24,564 bases of DNA from a virus (Duplodnaviria > Caudoviricetes), in the IMG/VR virus record IMGVR_UViG_3300011439_000390, positions 1 to 24,564 of that record. One strand, 5' to 3'. The translations under genes were made by a program, and so were the position numbers. Position 1 is the first letter of the stretch. Every line of letters begins with the position of its first letter. A model generated the notes under the pieces. It saw only the letters and a program-made list of their open reading frames with translations. It had not been told where the DNA came from and did not search any database. Shown here piece after piece: positions 24,363 through 24,564 of this stretch.

Positions 24363-24564
24363 GCGCGGTTCTGTACACCTCGTCGTCGACGCGCGGGCTG
24401 AACACCTGGGCGTACCACGGGCCAGGGCCCACCTTCGGCGAGCTCGCGATCGGCGAGCGATTCGAGTGGGCGCCGTGGCTGAGCGCGGGCGGCAGGCGAA
24501 CGACCCTGGCACCTGGGAGGACGTCGAGCGTGCCGCGCTGACCGACCCGGTCCTGCGTCACGCG

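Noticed and set aside
24352-24564. Final CDS at the window edge
   Set aside because: The ATG frame and the protein-like frame disagree and the region is truncated, so it cannot be called reliably.

Overview
A high-GC temperate siphovirus-like phage segment. The left part is a co-oriented late operon: tail completion proteins, tail tube, a tail chaperone pair with a -1 slippery site, a 931-aa tape measure, hub and tail-tip genes, four consecutive signal-peptide-bearing genes (one a beta-helix protein), and a lysis cassette. The middle holds attP (3' half of tRNA-Leu(CAG)), a tyrosine integrase and a cI/cro-type switch. The right part is an early operon with an excisionase-like HTH, several small Zn-finger proteins and a second tyrosine recombinase. 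Phage genes on both sides of an intact attP suggest the excised or circular form. Three oddities stand out. (1) The DUF5675-like lysin gene is split by a ~893-bp hairpin-rich, recombinase-less insert. (2) A membrane-protein ORF coupled to the integrase stop reads straight through attP, so integration would remove its start. (3) The tail-fibre slot holds a block of apparently Sec-exported proteins. Several apparent single-base frameshifts suggest indel errors or decay. Family names come from motif recognition, not database searches.
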